Source: Torpedo marmorata | Lineage: Eukaryota | NCBI GenBank assembly: GCA_977017645.1 | Contig: OZ360227.1 | Span: 125,302,001 to 125,366,000 of the forward strand | Reading direction: 5' to 3' | Length of the DNA: 64,000 nt | In this document: piece after piece, positions 61,475 to 64,000 of the stretch | How the letters are laid out: each line of letters starts with the position of its first letter | Position numbering within the stretch: position 1 is the stretch's first letter | Notes under the pieces: model-generated | Told to the model about the DNA's origin: nothing | Database searches by the model: none | What the model saw: the letters and a program-made list of their open reading frames with translations, nothing else | Translations under genes and position numbers: made by a program

Positions 61475-62410
61475 ATCCTGTTGTGGCCTCCTCTACATCA
61501 GAGGGACTGGATGCAGACTGGGAGTTCGCTTCGTTGAGCACTTTTGCTTTGTTCACTGCGATAGCGTGGATCTCCCAGTGGCCACCCATTTCAATTCCCC
61601 GCCCCATTCCCTTGCTGACATGTCTGTTCATGGTCTCATGCACTGTTAGACTGAGACCACCTGCAAATTGGAGGTACAACACCTCATATTCCGTTTGGGA
61701 ACCCTCCAACCAGATGGCATTAACATCAACTTCTCCGGTTTCCGTTAGCCCACCAACCCTCCCCCCCCCCTCCCATCTTTCCCCTTCCCCTATCCCTATG
61801 TGACCTTTCCTCTAGCTCTGCCTCTCTTTCTTTCCCTTTCCGTCTGTCTCCTTTCCTCCAGCTCTGAATTCACAGAGCCAACCCCTTCCCACAATCAATT
61901 CTCTTCTTTCCTCTCCTGTCCTCCTATCCATCCATGTCCAAGCCTTTTACCTGTTGGCCTTTGCTCCTCCCCTGCCCTCCTCCTCAGCCTTTTTATTCAG
62001 CCGCCTGCCTTCTTTTTTCACATACCTTGAAGAAGGGCTCAGGCCTGAAATGTTGGTTATATATCTTTACCTCCTATGGACGCTGTATTACCTGCTGAGT
62101 TCCTCTAGTATTTTTGTGTTTTTACCAGCACCAATAGCCTGAATACAACTGGGATTGTCTGATCTCCGAAGCTAAGCAGGCACAGGACTGGTCAGTACTT
62201 GGAGGGGAGACCGCCAAGGAACACCAGGTGCTGTAGGTTTCTGTGAGGGGCACTGGACAAAATAGCGACCCTCTGTCTGCCTTACGGTAGACAAAAATTA
62301 AAGAATTTCATGTATGTTACATTCTAAATGTAGTATTACGTGACAATAATGGAACCTTTACCTTTACCTTTACTACAATCACAGTGTCTGCAGTCTTTCG
62401 TGTTTCACAA
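61475..62410 (+). mobile_element. Penelope 3' part (GIY-YIG, UTR, terminal repeat), interrupted by the 5S-SINE
   Basis: CGLLYIRGTGCRLGVRFVEH...DLPVATHFNS..HSLADMSVHGL.HC...KLEVQHLIFRLGTLQPDGININFSGF; hammerhead motif at about 62025-62057. Confidence 0.9.
62126..62373 (+). mobile_element. 5S-rRNA-derived SINE (SINE3)
   Basis: 62126-62240 aligns with 5S rRNA (gtctgatctccgaagctaagcagg...ctggtcagtacttggaggggagaccgcc...ggaacaccaggtgctgtagg). A roughly 130-nt non-5S tail follows, ending (ACCTTT)n; there is no T4 terminator after the 5S part. Confidence 0.88.
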
Positions 62411-62790
62411 GAATAGAGTTCCCCTGGTCCTTGCCTTAAACCCACCAGCTTTCATATTCGCAGATCATCCTTTACAATTTCTGCTGGGTCCAGTGAGACA
62501 CATTCCACTCCCCTTTCAGCATTCCAACGGAACCACTCTCTTTGCAATTCCCTGATCTCCATTTGCATTCCCACATAATCACTCCCCATTTTATGGCACC
62601 TTCCCAAACAATTGCAGGAGATATAACACCTGACCTTTCACCCATTCCCTTTCCACAGTGACCCCCAAACAGTCCTTCCAGATGAGGCAATAATTCATTT
62701 GAACTTCTGACTGAGTGCACTGCATTCAGTGCTCACAATGTGGTCTCCTCTGCACTGGAGAAATCAAACACATATTGGACGATCACATTG
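62405..62790 (+). mobile_element. Older Penelope fragment (linker and GIY-YIG N-terminus)
   Basis: KNRVPLVL...PKQSFQMRQ*FI*TS...CIQCSQCGLLCTGE. Confidence 0.75.
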
Positions 62791-63239
62791 TGCCTCATCT
62801 TCCCTCTGGCCAAGTTGCAGCCTGCAGGACATGACATTGAATTCTTTAACTTTACTCCAACACTTTCTGACTGTCTGTCATTATTTTGATGGCCATGTCA
62901 CAGGCTTGTTATTTGCAACACATTGCACAGATAAAGAAGTTTAATGTTCTTGTAACAGCCCTGCATTAACCAATTGGGATTTGCCCCATGGAGATATTCC
63001 CTTTGTGTTACCCATCCTTCCATGCTGTTTTTAATTCCTCAACATGCCCTTGTCTCCTATTGAAAACTAACTTCTTTTCCTCTGTTTTTTTTCATTTGTG
63101 ATGAAGTGAGCCCAGATTTGAAACATTAACCATTTCCACAGATGCTGCCTGTCTTGCTCAGTGTTTGCAGCATTTCATTTATGGCTGATCTAATTGTACT
63201 CTCAACTCCACATTCTCATCTTGTTTATCAAGAATCCTA

Positions 63240-63572
63240 ATTAAACAAGGAAGTCTGCAGATGCTGGGGTTGAGTACAATACACAAACATGCTGGAGAAA
63301 CTCAACAGGTCACACATCAACCATATGAAGTAAAGGGTGACCAACGTTTCAGGCTTGGGCCCTCTGTCAGGTATATTGAGAACTTCTTCAAAGAGATTTT
63401 ACAGTAGAGCAGCTGAATTGAGTTAAACAAGAAAATCTGCAGGGGTCGAGTGCAATACGCAAATGTGCTGGAGAAACTCACCTGACGAAGGGCCCAGGCC
63501 CGAAATGTTTGTCACCCTTTACTTCCTATGGATGCTGCATGACCTGCTGAGTTTCTCCAGCATGTTTGTGTG
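63240..63572. mobile_element. Composite Penelope terminal-repeat fold-back insert with 12-bp TSD
   Basis: TCAAGAATCCTA at 63228-63239 and 63573-63584. Inside: terminal repeat (-), about 50 nt of unrelated sequence, partial terminal repeat (-), terminal repeat (+); two hammerhead motifs in opposite orientations. Confidence 0.85.
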
Positions 63573-64000
63573 TCAAGAATCCTATATATTTTTGCCTTAA
63601 AATGATTTATAGATCTTCCTTCCATCAATTTTTGAGTAGAGGAGTTCCAACGACTTGTTATTCTCTGAAAGGAAAAAGGTCTGCCGCTTCTGTCTTAAAC
63701 GTGTAACGCCTTTTTAAAAAAAAGCACAGTAGGCTCTTGTACCAGTCTAATTCCATTGTGTCAAAACGCCTCAATCCTTTATGGTACCACTTACTCTTCT
63801 AAACCCAAGCCTTGCTTTGGAAATATTCTGCTTTTGTTTTAATCAGTTATATGGAGTAAATTCTTATCAGCAGTTCATACCAACCACTTCTGTCTATGTG
63901 ATTGATAAACATAAAATTAGAAGTTCACCCAGCAGATAGAATCAATTGCCAGAGGTCATTTGTTTGTGTGTGATTTGTTCAAATTGACGGTCAATTTTAT

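Noticed and set aside
62126-62240. Functional 5S rRNA gene
   Set aside because: Many substitutions, a degraded 5' end, no oligo-T terminator, not in a tandem array, and followed by a retroposon tail.
1-64000. CRISPR arrays, operons or other prokaryotic systems
   Set aside because: None seen; the sequence is vertebrate repeat-rich genomic DNA.

Overview
AT-rich, transposon-dense vertebrate DNA. The repeat repertoire (V-domain tRNA-SINEs, Deu-domain SINEs, CR1, Rex1/Babar, L2, RTE, L1/Tx1 3' ends, Penelope-like elements) points to a cartilaginous fish, probably a ray or skate; this is an inference. I could not recognise any host protein-coding gene, so the window looks intronic or intergenic, and nearly all long ORFs are TE-derived. 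Main structures: (1) a near-complete but mutated Ty3/Gypsy retrotransposon (11716-16802) with about 95% identical LTRs, a tRNA-Trp PBS and an intact -1 frameshift signal; its gag is split by an 896-bp hAT-type element with a perfect 8-bp TSD, and the whole element sits in an RTE remnant; (2) a 2.8-kb CR1 ORF2; (3) an internally deleted Chapaev3-type DNA transposon with an 891-bp solo LTR inserted 2 bp inside its terminal inverted repeat; (4) a 5S-rRNA-headed SINE whose 3' hairpin tail is shared with a non-coding retroposon family; (5) about 12 Penelope terminal repeats carrying minimal hammerhead-ribozyme motifs, two of them in short fold-back inserts flanked by direct repeats. I found nothing that I can claim is a wholly new biological system. 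The hammerhead fold-back units and the 5S-SINE shared-tail family are the best candidates for undescribed mobile-RNA families. All identifications are by eye, without database searches.
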